Shown here piece by piece: positions 16,601 through 26,797 of a DNA stretch of 64,000 bases. The notes below the pieces were generated by a model. That model saw only the letters and a list, made by a program, of their open reading frames with translations. It ran no database searches and was not told the origin of the DNA. The translations under genes were made by a program, and so were the position numbers. Numbering within the stretch: position 1 is the stretch's first letter; each line of letters begins with the position of its first letter. The DNA comes from an uncultured Acidimicrobiales bacterium (GTDB lineage Bacteria; Actinomycetota; Acidimicrobiia; Acidimicrobiales; SZUA-35): NCBI GenBank assembly GCA_938002965.1, contig CALKZY010000015.1, positions 17,633 to 81,632 on the forward strand. Reading direction: 5' to 3'.

Positions 16601-19084
16601 TCAAAATCCGCCGCTGCTGCGGCCGCCGCCAAACGTGTGGCCACCACCGCCGAAACCGCCGCCGAACGATCCGCCACCACCGCCGAAGCCGCCGCCGCCG
16701 AACGATCCGCCACCACCACCGGCGCCGAAACCACCTCCACTACCTGAGCTGCCCCAGCCCCCTTGGCTCCCGCCAATCACGATCCACGTTCCGGATCGAC
16801 GGCGGCGAGCGATGATGCGTTCTTGGACTGCCAGTGCGGTGTCGGCGATGCGTTCGGCGTGCTGGATCTGTGCCTCCGGTGTGGCTGGCAGATTAGCCAG
16901 CGACTCCTCGAGACGATCCAGGCTTGACCCGGCACTAGACTGAATAAGTTCCCAACCGAGAGCTCGTTTGGCTCGAGCGATAGCCCGTTCGGCTCTGGCC
17001 ACCTCGCGTTGAGCTTCCCGCCTGAGTGCCTGCATCCTGGAGTGCTGATCTTGGGCCGAAACCATCAAGTCGTCCATCTGCCGATTTGTGCGGTAGGACG
17101 TTTCAGCGACTCGCAGGAAGTTGGGCTTAACCTGACGAAGCTCCGCTTCCATGCTGGCGATGATCTGGCGAAGTTCGTCAGGGGCGCGACGGGTCGCTTC
17201 ATCGAGATCGACGCGATGATTGGCTACGAAATCGGCCAGATCTACCAGAATCTCTTTGCCCTGGTCGATGAGCAGCGGGGCTTCGACTTGAGCCTTGTCC
17301 AAATCCACCATCAGATCTTCAACCTGATCGAGGAAGCCATCGGCGGCGATGACATGCAAGCCGGCCTGCTCCAAGTGACGACCGGCCTCGTCGAATTGTT
17401 GGGCGTCGAGCGCCTCAGGCATTGGGCCCACACGAACCTGTTCGCCGTATTGAAGTTCACGCAACGCCCGCTCAGGATGCTCTGCCGCCCACTCCCATGA
17501 ATCTCTGGCATGCAAGGCGGCGACGTTACCGAAGCGGCGTCGCACATCGTCGGATCGAGCAGTTTCCAGGGCCACGGCGGCTTCGAGCTCCTCGCTCCAC
17601 TTCTTCAGGCTTTCGACGCGCGACGGAAGTGCCTGGAGATAGTGTCCGACGGCGAAGAGATCGGCCTCAACGGCTTCTACCCGGTCTGAAAGCTGAAGCC
17701 AGTCCAGTTCAAGACCATCAAAGTCCAGGCCCTCAAGATCGGCGCCGATTAGCTCTAACTTCTGGACCTGGCCGGATACCGCCCAACCCTGCTCGGACCG
17801 TTGACCGGCGAGGTCACCGGCACCCTCGAGTTCTCCCTCAAGAAGTTCTTTCTTAGCTGGCACCGCTACCCGAAGGTGGTCCAGGTGCGCCCCGAATGCC
17901 ACGAGGTGATCAAGCGTCTCCTCTTGGAAGTCCAGCGCCCTCAGCAAGTTGACCACCTGCGTCTTAGCGCTTTCGGCTGCATGCAGATCAGCGGCACCGG
18001 GGCCACCGGGTAGCAACTGGTTCAGTACCGCGGCCACGGCGTCGGTGCTGTTGGCGGCTTCTACTGACTCGGAACTTAGCGATTTGAGTTTGTCTTGAGA
18101 GGTGCCGGCGACGACCTTGTCCCAAACGTCGGCTTGCAAGAGTATGCGATCGTGACGCTCGCGGACCGACCCAAGGCGACCGGTTGGCCCGACTAACGAG
18201 CCCTCGAGCTCCCGACGGACCTGAGCCAGTCGACGTCGGCGAGACCCGACGGCGGCCACACCGGCTCCTCCGCCAACAACAGCGACACCGGCCAACGCCA
18301 CTAGCGGCGAAAGTCCACCACCGTCGCCCTCGCTATCGGTAGTACCGGAGCTCGGCTCATCGGCACCTTCGGTTGAAGTTGTCGGATCGGTCGAGGTGCT
18401 GGTGCCCCCAACCTCAGAGCTAATTCGTGAACCAATGATGGTTACGGCATCGGTCATACCTGCGGTGTATTCGCCCTCGGCGAACTGTGAACCCATCACA
18501 TCTTCACGGATGGCGTTGACGTCACCGACAGCGGTCAGCCAGCGATCGCCGACCACGACATCGGACTTCCGATCCTCGACGGACAAGCCAAGAATGATGA
18601 CCTCAGGGTCAGTGGTCCCGCCCGAATCGGAATAGCACGTCCGTATAAGTTCGTCGACGACGGCTACCAAATCGCCGCCCTCGACCGAATCGTAAGAACG
18701 AACAATGACCAGAGCGTCAGCAGGTACAGCGCCGGCGATCACGTCTTCAACATCAGCGACATTCACCGAACCACTGGTGTCGACTACAGCCGCATCGCAG
18801 ACAAGCGTCTCATCGCTCTGGGCTAGGACAGGTGAGGGCGCGAGAACCGCGATGGCGGCGCACGTCAACAGGCTGCTAGCAGCTAGAAAAAGCCGGGCTA
18901 CCGGCGGGCGCCCGGTCACGGCGGTAGAAGTCACAGGACCCCAAGTTACTACCGCCAGGGCTCCAGGCCCCGCTTGGCTCTCCCGAGAAACTCTAACGTC
19001 AAACAGAGAGACCACTCTTGCCCGCGTTCTCATACCGGCTGCTTTCCAAATACCGCCACAACTAGTCCTTACGTTGCTTGCCAC
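16601..19084 (-). CDS. TPM-domain membrane protein with long coiled coil and Gly-rich tail (true start probably downstream)
   Basis: Signal peptide, TPM-like N-domain, TM, heptad region, GGGFGGGGGS tail. Confidence 0.75.
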   Translation of the reverse strand: MASNVRTSCGGIWKAAGMRTRARVVSLFDVRVSRESQAGPGALAVVTWGPVTSTAVTGRPPVARLFLAASSLLTCAAIAVLAPSPVLAQSDETLVCDAAVVDTSGSVNVADVEDVIAGAVPADALVIVRSYDSVEGGDLVAVVDELIRTCYSDSGGTTDPEVIILGLSVEDRKSDVVVGDRWLTAVGDVNAIREDVMGSQFAEGEYTAGMTDAVTIIGSRISSEVGGTSTSTDPTTSTEGADEPSSGTTDSEGDGGGLSPLVALAGVAVVGGGAGVAAVGSRRRRLAQVRRELEGSLVGPTGRLGSVRERHDRILLQADVWDKVVAGTSQDKLKSLSSESVEAANSTDAVAAVLNQLLPGGPGAADLHAAESAKTQVVNLLRALDFQEETLDHLVAFGAHLDHLRVAVPAKKELLEGELEGAGDLAGQRSEQGWAVSGQVQKLELIGADLEGLDFDGLELDWLQLSDRVEAVEADLFAVGHYLQALPSRVESLKKWSEELEAAVALETARSDDVRRRFGNVAALHARDSWEWAAEHPERALRELQYGEQVRVGPMPEALDAQQFDEAGRHLEQAGLHVIAADGFLDQVEDLMVDLDKAQVEAPLLIDQGKEILVDLADFVANHRVDLDEATRRAPDELRQIIASMEAELRQVKPNFLRVAETSYRTNRQMDDLMVSAQDQHSRMQALRREAQREVARAERAIARAKRALGWELIQSSAGSSLDRLEESLANLPATPEAQIQHAERIADTALAVQERIIARRRRSGTWIVIGGSQGGWGSSGSGGGFGAGGGGGSFGGGGFGGGGGSFGGGFGGGGHTFGGGRSSGGF

Positions 19085-19122
19085 CTATGCAGTTGCACGA
19101 CTGTTGCCCGGTGCCGGTGCAG

Positions 19123-19716
19123 TCAACTTGCGCCCTGGCCCAACAAAGCCGCCTCAAGAAAAGATAACAGCGTGCGGCGCAAGGTTGCCGCCGCCCTCAG
19201 ATCGAGTTGCAGATCAAGCGCTCTGAGCACTTCGGTCTCGGTCACCGAACCGGCCACAACAGCGTAGGAGGACAACAAGATAACCCTCGGATCGTTGCGT
19301 AACAGTAGGCCTTCGTCCATGTAGCCACGAAGAGCCGCCTCGGCTGCGGCCAGGGTCGGGCGAAGTTCCTCGACAACACCTTCGGACCATGGTGGCCCCA
19401 GCCGGGATGTTTCGCGAAGTACTCCGATAAGTTCCGGTCGCCTCACCGCTAACTCGAAGCTGGCTCGAACCACCGCTTCGACCGCCGGCCACCCAGGGCT
19501 ACTTTGCTTGGCCGCGGCAGCCAACACTCCTAGCAAATCCTGGGCAGATCGGGACAAAACAGCCTCAATCAGCCTGCTTTTGGACCCGAAGTGGTAAAGG
19601 ATCGACTGCTTGGTTAGACCTAGTCGCTGTGCGAGATCGTCCAGCGAGGTCCCGTCAACTCCACGATCGGCAAACGCTAAGGTCGCTTGATTCAGTACCC
19701 GATCCTTGGTATCCAC
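19123..19716 (-). CDS. TetR family regulator
   Basis: TSLDDLAQRLGLTKQSILYHFGSK. Confidence 0.93.
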   Translation of the reverse strand: MDTKDRVLNQATLAFADRGVDGTSLDDLAQRLGLTKQSILYHFGSKSRLIEAVLSRSAQDLLGVLAAAAKQSSPGWPAVEAVVRASFELAVRRPELIGVLRETSRLGPPWSEGVVEELRPTLAAAEAALRGYMDEGLLLRNDPRVILLSSYAVVAGSVTETEVLRALDLQLDLRAAATLRRTLLSFLEAALLGQGAS

Positions 19717-19717
19717 T

Positions 19718-19760
19718 TACCAAATGGTAGACAGATTGCTTGCAAGGCGCTAGACAGATT
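19718..19760. promoter_or_regulatory. Candidate TetR operator region between tetR and the lipid operon
   Basis: Palindrome TACCA-AA-TGGTA (19718-19729); direct repeat TAGACAGATT at 19728 and 19751. Confidence 0.45.
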
Positions 19761-19819
19761 TCAGTGAGTGCGTTGAACCCACCTCGGTGTTGCCAAAACT
19801 GTCTGGACCGGAGGACCCA

Positions 19820-22156
19820 ATGATTGCCGACCAGCTGGCCGGAAAACGAATAGCCGTAACAGGGTCCACAGGGTTCTTGGGGACGGCGCTCGTAGAACGA
19901 CTTCTTCGGGGTGCGCCCGACTGCCACATCGTTCTTCTCGTCAGGGCAGGGCGTCGATCATCGCCGTCACAGCGGGCCCGACGTGAGATCTTCCGCAACG
20001 ATGCCTTTGGGCGGCTACTGAAAGACCTTGGCAAGGAGTCGTTTTGGGACGAGATCGATCGCCGAGTCACTGTCATCCAGGGCGACATCAGCAAAGACGG
20101 ACTTGGCCTCGATGACGAGGGCCGCACGGCGCTAGCGCAGTGCGACATCGTCATTCACTCAGCGGCCACAGTTAGCTTCGATGCCCCTCTTGATGGTGCC
20201 GTCGAGGTCAATCTTCTCGGCCCAACACGCATCGTGGAGACACTCAGCGATTTGGGCGTCAAGCCCCATCTCGTAGCCGTCTCGACCTGCTACGTGGCCG
20301 GAAACCGAAGAGGTCGGGCGCCAGAACAGCTCCTTTCCGACAGCCCGTTCCACATTGACGTCGACTGGCGTGATGAAGTCATGGCCGCACGGCGCACCAG
20401 GGCCGATTTCGACGCCTTGTCACGAACGGCAGCTCAACTCGAAGACTTCCGTAAACAGGCCCGGTACGAGCTGGGAGCAGCCGGCACACCTCTGTTAGCG
20501 GCCAAAACCGAACAGCTCCGAGGCCGATGGGTTTCCGATCAGCTGGTCGAAGCCGGCCGAGCCCGCGCCGCGTCACTCGGCTGGCCCGACGCCTACGCTT
20601 ACACCAAAGCATTAGGCGAACGAGCCCTCGACGAAAGCAAGGGCGACATCCCGGTCTCCATCGTGCGGCCGAGCATCATCGAATCGGCTTGGGCCCAACC
20701 GTTTGCCGGTTGGATCAAAGGCTTTCGCATGGCCGAACCCATCATTATCAGCTACGCCCGAGGGCTCCTGAAGGAATTCCCAGGCGTTCCCGAGGGTGTT
20801 ATCGACGTCATCCCGGCCGACCTCGTGGTCCACGCCATCATCGCTGTGGCCGCCCGAGGTCATGCCGGTGACAACAACATCGATGTCACCCAGGTCGCTT
20901 CGGGAACAGCCAATCCGCTCCGGTACCGCCACCTGGTCAACCTGGTCTCAGAATGGTTTACCGATAATCCGCTCTACGACCGCAAGGGCCAGCCCATTGC
21001 TGTACCCGAGTGGTCGTTTCCCGGACGCGGAGCGGTCGAGCGTCAACTGGACCGAGTCGAGAAGAATCTTGGCCGGGCCGATCGGGCCTTGAAAATGTTG
21101 CCGTTGCGAGGGCGCCAGGCAATGGTCACCGCCGAGGTCGAGGATCGCAAAGAACAAGTCTCACGTGCCGTAGGGTACGTGAAGATTTATGGCGCCTACG
21201 CCGAATGCGAAGCCTTGTACGGGGTAGAGAACCTCATCAAGCTCCATCAGTCCTTGGACGAGAGTGACCAGATCGAGTTTGGCTGCGATCCCGGCATCGT
21301 GAATTGGGATCACTACGTCCAGAACGTCCATCTCCCTTCGGTGGTCGAACACGCCCGGGTAAAGACGACCGGCGAGCGAAGCGACCCGGACCAGCGCACC
21401 AAGCGTCTACGGTCCCGGGTTCTGGCACCCGAGCGTCAACTGGCGGCTTTCGACCTCGAAAACACAATCATCGCTTCCAACGTGGTCTTCAGCTACGCAT
21501 GGTTGGCAACGAGGAAGCTCGGGCCTCGTGACCGCATGCGCTTCACCATGAAGACCCTGGCCGAAGGGCCAGCCCTGCTGGCCCTTGACCGCCGGGACCG
21601 AACCGACTTCCTGCGACACTTCTACCGTCGTTACGAGGGAGCGCCGGTTGATGACCTCGACATTCTCGGCCCCCAGCTGTTGGCCGATCACGTTTTGACC
21701 AAAGCCTTTCCAGCAGCCCTTCGCCGCGTGCGGGAGCACCGGCGCCTGGGCCATCGAACCGTGCTCATCACCGGAGCGCTCGATGTTGTGGTGAAACCAC
21801 TGGGCCCCCTGTTCGACGACGTCATCTGCGCCGAGATGTCGCAGCGCGACGGACGTTACACCGGTGAGCTGTTGGCCGTGCCCCCTACCGGCGAAGTGCG
21901 AGCACAGGCCCTGCGAGACTACGCCGACGCCCACGGACTGGACTTGGCCGAGTCGGTGGCCTACGCCGACTCGTCGTCCGACCTGCCGCTGCTCGATGCA
22001 GTTGGCTTCCCGGTGGCAGTTAATCCTGAATCAAGACTGGCCTCGATGTCAGCCAAACGCGGTTGGCTTATCGAGTATTGGTCGAAGGCCGAAGGCGGCA
22101 CCGACAAGACGTTGCCGCTCGGTCCCCTGCCCGCGGCGAGACGAAGCCGCAAGTAA
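19820..22156 (+). CDS. Fatty acyl-CoA reductase (FAR/male-sterility SDR) fused to a HAD-IB hydrolase
   Basis: TGSTGFLG, IHSAATVSFD, YAYTK, IVRPSIIES; C-terminal FDLENT...AYADSSSDLP...AVNP; GGAGG RBS. Confidence 0.88.
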   Translation: MIADQLAGKRIAVTGSTGFLGTALVERLLRGAPDCHIVLLVRAGRRSSPSQRARREIFRNDAFGRLLKDLGKESFWDEIDRRVTVIQGDISKDGLGLDDEGRTALAQCDIVIHSAATVSFDAPLDGAVEVNLLGPTRIVETLSDLGVKPHLVAVSTCYVAGNRRGRAPEQLLSDSPFHIDVDWRDEVMAARRTRADFDALSRTAAQLEDFRKQARYELGAAGTPLLAAKTEQLRGRWVSDQLVEAGRARAASLGWPDAYAYTKALGERALDESKGDIPVSIVRPSIIESAWAQPFAGWIKGFRMAEPIIISYARGLLKEFPGVPEGVIDVIPADLVVHAIIAVAARGHAGDNNIDVTQVASGTANPLRYRHLVNLVSEWFTDNPLYDRKGQPIAVPEWSFPGRGAVERQLDRVEKNLGRADRALKMLPLRGRQAMVTAEVEDRKEQVSRAVGYVKIYGAYAECEALYGVENLIKLHQSLDESDQIEFGCDPGIVNWDHYVQNVHLPSVVEHARVKTTGERSDPDQRTKRLRSRVLAPERQLAAFDLENTIIASNVVFSYAWLATRKLGPRDRMRFTMKTLAEGPALLALDRRDRTDFLRHFYRRYEGAPVDDLDILGPQLLADHVLTKAFPAALRRVREHRRLGHRTVLITGALDVVVKPLGPLFDDVICAEMSQRDGRYTGELLAVPPTGEVRAQALRDYADAHGLDLAESVAYADSSSDLPLLDAVGFPVAVNPESRLASMSAKRGWLIEYWSKAEGGTDKTLPLGPLPAARRSRK

Positions 22157-22202
22157 GCATGAGGGCACACCAACCAGTGAGCACAGAAAGCAAAGTGCGT
22201 AC

Positions 22203-23816
22203 GTGAGCGAACAAACTAGAGCCAATCCCCGTCCCGGTTTCGTGCTTGAGGTCGATCGTCGGACCCCGCCGATCCTCTTCCACCACGGTGAGGGTTTCCG
22301 GCTGGAGAAACTGCCGGTCGGGCGAAGCAGAGTGATCTACCCCGGCGAGCCGCTTGTGGGGATCAAGGATCCTGACGCGGCGATCCGAGACGCGCTGCTA
22401 AACCCCATCGACGATGATCCACTGCCCTCGATCCTGCGAGCCGGCATGAAGCTGACCATCGCCTTCGACGATATTTCTTTGCCCCTGCCACCCATGCAGC
22501 GGCCCGACAGTCGACAGCGAATTATCGAGGCCGTTCTCGACATGGCGGCTGAGGCCGGGGTGGACGACGTTCACCTCATCGCTGCCCTGTGCCTTCACCG
22601 CCGAATGACCGACAACGAACTACGACACGCTGTCGGTGATCGGGTGTTCGAGGCCTTCGCTCCCCACGGCCTGCTTTACAACCACGATGCCGAGGACCCC
22701 GACGGGATGGTCATCCTCGGCCACACTGACAAAGGTGAAACAGTTCAAATGAACAAGCGGGCGGCTGAATCCGACCTGCTCATCTACGTCAACATCAATC
22801 TGGTGTCGATGGATGGAGGCTGGAAAAGCACTGCCACCGGCCTGGCCGGCTACGAAGGCGTCAAAGCCCACCACAACGTCCACACGCTGCGCCACTCCAA
22901 GTCCTTCATGGATCAGGACAACTCCGAGTTGCACCGCTCAAACTGGCGACAGGGCGACGTCATCAAGGCTCACGGGCCCCGAATCTTCCAAATCGAGTCG
23001 ACCCTCAACACCAACACTTTCGGTCGTCAAGGGCCGATGTCGGTCTTGCAAAAGCGCGAGTGGGAGTGGACGGCTCGAGACCGGGCATCGTTCGCCGCCA
23101 TGCACGCTGGACTCAACCGAATGCCACCAGCGGCCCGACGCCGAGTCTTCCAAGGGTGGAAGGCCCCGTACGACATCACGTCGGTCCAAGCAGGCGAGGT
23201 CGAAGCCGTCCACCGCAAGACAACCGAAGCTGTCTACGCCCAACACCTGGTCCCAGTTTCCGGACAGACCGACGTTCTCACGATGGGTCTCCCCTATCTG
23301 ACCCCGTACAACGTCAACTCGATCATGAATCCGATCCTGGTGATGGTCCAGGGCCTCGGATACTTCTTCAACCTGTACCGGGGCAAGCCACTGGTCCGTG
23401 AGGGCGGTGTGCTGATCATGAGCCACCCGACGCCGTGGGAGTTCCACCCGGTTCACCATCCGAGCTACATCGACTTCTTCGAAGAAGTCCTGGCCGAGAC
23501 AACAGACCCGGTCGAGATCGAACAGAAATACGAAAAGCAGTACGCCGAAGACGAGTGGTACCGCCACCTGTACCGCACCAGCAACGCCTACCACGGCGTG
23601 CATCCGTTTTACATGTGGTATTGGGGCTCACACGCCATGCAGTACCTGGGCGGAGTCATAATTGTCGGGGGCGACCCTCGGTCTGTACGTCGGTTAGGAT
23701 TCCGTCCGGCGTCAACACTTGAGGACGCCTTTGAAATGGCTGAAGATGTGGTCGGTCCGAGACCGACCGTGACTCATCTTCACAATCCACCTATCCTGAT
23801 GGCAGACGTAACCTAA
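22203..23816 (+). CDS. Lactate-racemase (LarA/DUF2088) domain protein
   Basis: TIAFDDISLP, LCLHRRMT, NHDAED, GGWKS, AHH; start set at GTG 22203. Confidence 0.8.
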   Translation: MSEQTRANPRPGFVLEVDRRTPPILFHHGEGFRLEKLPVGRSRVIYPGEPLVGIKDPDAAIRDALLNPIDDDPLPSILRAGMKLTIAFDDISLPLPPMQRPDSRQRIIEAVLDMAAEAGVDDVHLIAALCLHRRMTDNELRHAVGDRVFEAFAPHGLLYNHDAEDPDGMVILGHTDKGETVQMNKRAAESDLLIYVNINLVSMDGGWKSTATGLAGYEGVKAHHNVHTLRHSKSFMDQDNSELHRSNWRQGDVIKAHGPRIFQIESTLNTNTFGRQGPMSVLQKREWEWTARDRASFAAMHAGLNRMPPAARRRVFQGWKAPYDITSVQAGEVEAVHRKTTEAVYAQHLVPVSGQTDVLTMGLPYLTPYNVNSIMNPILVMVQGLGYFFNLYRGKPLVREGGVLIMSHPTPWEFHPVHHPSYIDFFEEVLAETTDPVEIEQKYEKQYAEDEWYRHLYRTSNAYHGVHPFYMWYWGSHAMQYLGGVIIVGGDPRSVRRLGFRPASTLEDAFEMAEDVVGPRPTVTHLHNPPILMADVT

Positions 23817-23835
23817 GGGTTCGGGGAGAGTACAC

Positions 23836-24729
23836 GTGAGCTGGCTGCACTTCATCTCGCAACCTCCGTCGACGCCGAAAGGGGTCGACAAAGTAAGGGC
23901 GACACCGAAAGCTGGTGTTCATTTTGATACGGACTGGGCTTATCGAAGTCCGGCCAAGATTGTGCGGCGCGCCGGCGTCTGGGGCTTTTTCAAACCCGCC
24001 GTCCGGCTGTACGCCAGTCCACGGGTAGTCGGCGTTGACCGGCTCCGAAACATCAAGGCGCCCGTCATCTTCGCCGCCAACCATCACAGTCACGCCGACA
24101 CCAGTGTTCTGCTGGCCACGCTGCCGTCCAAGCTTCGCGACGACCTGTCGATCGCTGCCGGAGCCGACTACTTCTTCCCCAACCGAGTGGCGGGAACCAT
24201 TTCGGCGCTGTTCATCGGGGCTATTCCGATTGAGCGCAAGCGACTGTCCAAGCTTTCGATCCGCAACAGTCTCCGTGCTTTGGAGAAAGGCCGCAGCCTG
24301 CTGATCTTCCCCGAGGGCGGTCGAAGCCCAGACGGCTACAGCCGTGAGCATCGACCGGGCGCAGCCTATTTGGCCAAGCGGGGCAAGGTGCCGGTGATTC
24401 CCGTCTACCTCGACGGCACCGGGTCCATCCTGCCCAAAGGCAAGAACTGGCCGACACGGGGACGAAGCGCCGTGGTCTTCGGTGATGCGATGAAGATCGA
24501 CGATGACGAAGATCCACGGGTATTCGCCAAGAGAATCGAGCGTCGGATCGGCGAGCTGGCCGACGAATTCGGCTCCGGTTGGTGGCAGGCTCGTAAGAAC
24601 GCTTACGCGGCCGAAACGCCGGAACCAACAGGTCCCGATGCTGGCGCTTGGCGTCGCCGCTGGGCCCTCGGCCCGAAGCCAAGCGAGCAGCGAACCAGCC
24701 CAAACAAGCCAAAGTGGCCGGAGATCTGA
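23836..24729 (+). CDS. Lysophospholipid acyltransferase (PlsC family)
   Basis: NHHSHAD (HX4D), FPEGGRS. Confidence 0.9.
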   Translation: MSWLHFISQPPSTPKGVDKVRATPKAGVHFDTDWAYRSPAKIVRRAGVWGFFKPAVRLYASPRVVGVDRLRNIKAPVIFAANHHSHADTSVLLATLPSKLRDDLSIAAGADYFFPNRVAGTISALFIGAIPIERKRLSKLSIRNSLRALEKGRSLLIFPEGGRSPDGYSREHRPGAAYLAKRGKVPVIPVYLDGTGSILPKGKNWPTRGRSAVVFGDAMKIDDDEDPRVFAKRIERRIGELADEFGSGWWQARKNAYAAETPEPTGPDAGAWRRRWALGPKPSEQRTSPNKPKWPEI

Positions 24730-24776
24730 TCAACCGCTAGCTCCTTATGACGCCGATGGGCTGAGCGGCCCAACAA

Positions 24777-25370
24777 TCAGCGGCGATCGACGCCGTCTAG
24801 TTCCGTGTCCGCCGGATTCTGATCAAGCTCGGGGTCGTCGAGATCGGCACAACGAGCAACATCAGGGCGTTCGCCGCAACTGAGGCCAAATTGCTCGTAC
24901 CCACTGTCGAGCGGCGAGTTGCGGAACAGTTCATCGCAGGCCGAACCGGATCCGGCTTCGCAGTCGTCCCACAGCAGATCGAGTTCGCCGTCGTCGCCGT
25001 AGCTGGCCGAGTCATCGACACGAGCCAAGACGCCGGCATCAGTTGACGAGCCGGACAATGCCTCTTCAGAATCGGTGTCGTCGTTCATGACAGCCTGAGC
25101 AGCTAGGCAGGCCGCCCTCAGCTCGTCCTCTAGAACGTCGTCGTAGTTGTTGCGATCAATTTCCGCCGAGCCCAACCGCAGCACACAGTCAACGACCTCA
25201 GCAGAATCACCGGAGGCGACCAGTGCAGTTCGAACCTCGTCGCGGCCGTCGGCCTGAGGCGGCGCATCGTCCACAAGCGCGCTGCAACCAGCGAGACCTA
25301 GTACGGCTACGCCTGCGGCCAAAGCCATAGTTCCGGCGAGAACTCGATGAGGAGATTGGCGGCCGGTCAT
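24777..25370 (-). CDS. Hypothetical Cys-rich lipoprotein
   Basis: Lipobox LAGC; several C-terminal Cys. Confidence 0.7.
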   Translation of the reverse strand: MTGRQSPHRVLAGTMALAAGVAVLGLAGCSALVDDAPPQADGRDEVRTALVASGDSAEVVDCVLRLGSAEIDRNNYDDVLEDELRAACLAAQAVMNDDTDSEEALSGSSTDAGVLARVDDSASYGDDGELDLLWDDCEAGSGSACDELFRNSPLDSGYEQFGLSCGERPDVARCADLDDPELDQNPADTELDGVDRR

Positions 25371-26794
25371 CGAAGAAGACCCTTACCTTCGCCGACAAGC
25401 TCGATCCATGTTCGACCTGGGGTGAGTTCGATGGCCGAACCGCCGGAAACCAGCGTCGGGGCAAGGCTCAATGAGGGCCTGTTCCAACGTCCATCGATAC
25501 GTTTGCCGTCGGTAAAGACTGTCACGTCTCCGGCTCCGACGAACACAAACTCCGGGACGTTGGCGCCAGTCGAGTCAACCATTCCGGTTCGCACTTCACG
25601 CGCCTCGATTACGACGACGTTTGCCGCACTCACCTGCTGACCGGAACTGGTCAAGTGCGGGCTACCGCCCTGCGTTCGCAGCCAGGCCGAACCGTTCCAG
25701 GTCCATCCGGCCGTCGATGCCCGATAGGCGACCGAGAAGCTGGTGGCCGGAACCGCAGTCGGATGACCCGAGTCGACCCCCCGACCTGCTGGCCGATAAG
25801 CAAACTGCGGCGGAGGCGGGCCAGGCTGAGCCGACGCCCAGTGGTCGGCGGTATCGGTGTACAGATTTGATGGGGCTCGCCGTCCGCTGCTTCGCCAATA
25901 GCCAGAGGATGTGCCTGCGTTACGATTCTGGACGGTTGGTTGAGCCCGAATCAGACCCTCGGTCACCTCGTTCGCTCCCGAGTACATCAAAAGCGGCGAG
26001 CCGAAACCGTTGATAATCCCGATGTCGGTCGTGCGTGCCGATCGAACCGGCCCAACGGTCGACGACGTCGAGTGAAAGACAGCGGCGAAACGAGTAACGC
26101 CGCCCTCGACCTCTTCTTCGATGACGATGTCAGCGGCATTCAGGCCTGATTGAGGACGGGCTGCGGGGCTGTTGTCAATCTTGATGATTGCGGCAGGGCG
26201 ACTCGGCACCTGCCCCGCAAGGCCCGTCAACGGCTGGATGCCTGCTGCCACCGACGGTGGCGACCCCAGCGGATCAACGATCCGCTGATTGCGGCCCAAG
26301 GTGCCCAAATATCCCTTATACAACGAGGCCACACCTCCGCTGACCCCCGGAACCGTGGTGACAACAGTCGCGGCCCGCCCAGTCGGGCTTACCGCTTCGG
26401 GCGTAATCGAAGACCCACCGTTGGTCGTGTCGGCCATTGTCGTCGTCGACTCCCCCTGTGGACTCGTTGTCGAGGTGACGGTTGGACGCTCGATGCGCCA
26501 TGGGAGTTCCTCCACCGCGTCCTCGGCATAGGCGTACGATCCACCACCCGGTGGTCGCGCTAACTCGCCTGCAGCCGATTCAGAGAATCGAGCGCTAGGT
26601 AACTCATTGTCACCTTCGTCCGCTGTCACAACATCATCGAGCACGTCAGCTCTGGTTAGTGCTCCTTTACTGGAGTCCGCCGACCCATTGGCCTCCACCG
26701 AGGCTCCCCCGCCGCAACCGGCGAACCCCAAGGCGGCAACCATGAATAGTGTTGTGCCCCTCATTGCTCTGACCCTCATTGCCCTGACCCTCAT
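25367..26794 (-). CDS. DUF3048 (YerB-like) lipoprotein, paralogue 2
   Basis: PLTG, KIDN..AARPQSGLNAADIVIEEEVEGGVTRF, GPVRSAR, PGRTWI; lipobox FAGC. Confidence 0.85.
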   Translation of the reverse strand: MRVRAMRVRAMRGTTLFMVAALGFAGCGGGASVEANGSADSSKGALTRADVLDDVVTADEGDNELPSARFSESAAGELARPPGGGSYAYAEDAVEELPWRIERPTVTSTTSPQGESTTTMADTTNGGSSITPEAVSPTGRAATVVTTVPGVSGGVASLYKGYLGTLGRNQRIVDPLGSPPSVAAGIQPLTGLAGQVPSRPAAIIKIDNSPAARPQSGLNAADIVIEEEVEGGVTRFAAVFHSTSSTVGPVRSARTTDIGIINGFGSPLLMYSGANEVTEGLIRAQPTVQNRNAGTSSGYWRSSGRRAPSNLYTDTADHWASAQPGPPPPQFAYRPAGRGVDSGHPTAVPATSFSVAYRASTAGWTWNGSAWLRTQGGSPHLTSSGQQVSAANVVVIEAREVRTGMVDSTGANVPEFVFVGAGDVTVFTDGKRIDGRWNRPSLSLAPTLVSGGSAIELTPGRTWIELVGEGKGLLR

Positions 26795-26797
26795 TGC
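26758..26797. repeat. 15-bp tandem repeat, 2.7 copies, encoding MRVRA-MRVRA-MRG
   Basis: Minus strand GCAATGAGGGTCAGG GCAATGAGGGTCAGA GCAATGAGGG. Confidence 0.85.

Noticed and set aside
16610-16770. CCGCCACCACCGCCGAA-type repeats as a DNA repeat element
   Set aside because: They encode the Gly-rich tail of the TPM-domain protein.
21864-22202. 650-aa version of the LarA-like ORF, or a programmed frameshift fusion with FAR-HAD
   Set aside because: The extension overlaps the HAD domain out of frame, is not protein-like, and has no slippery site; FAR-HAD ends normally at 22156.
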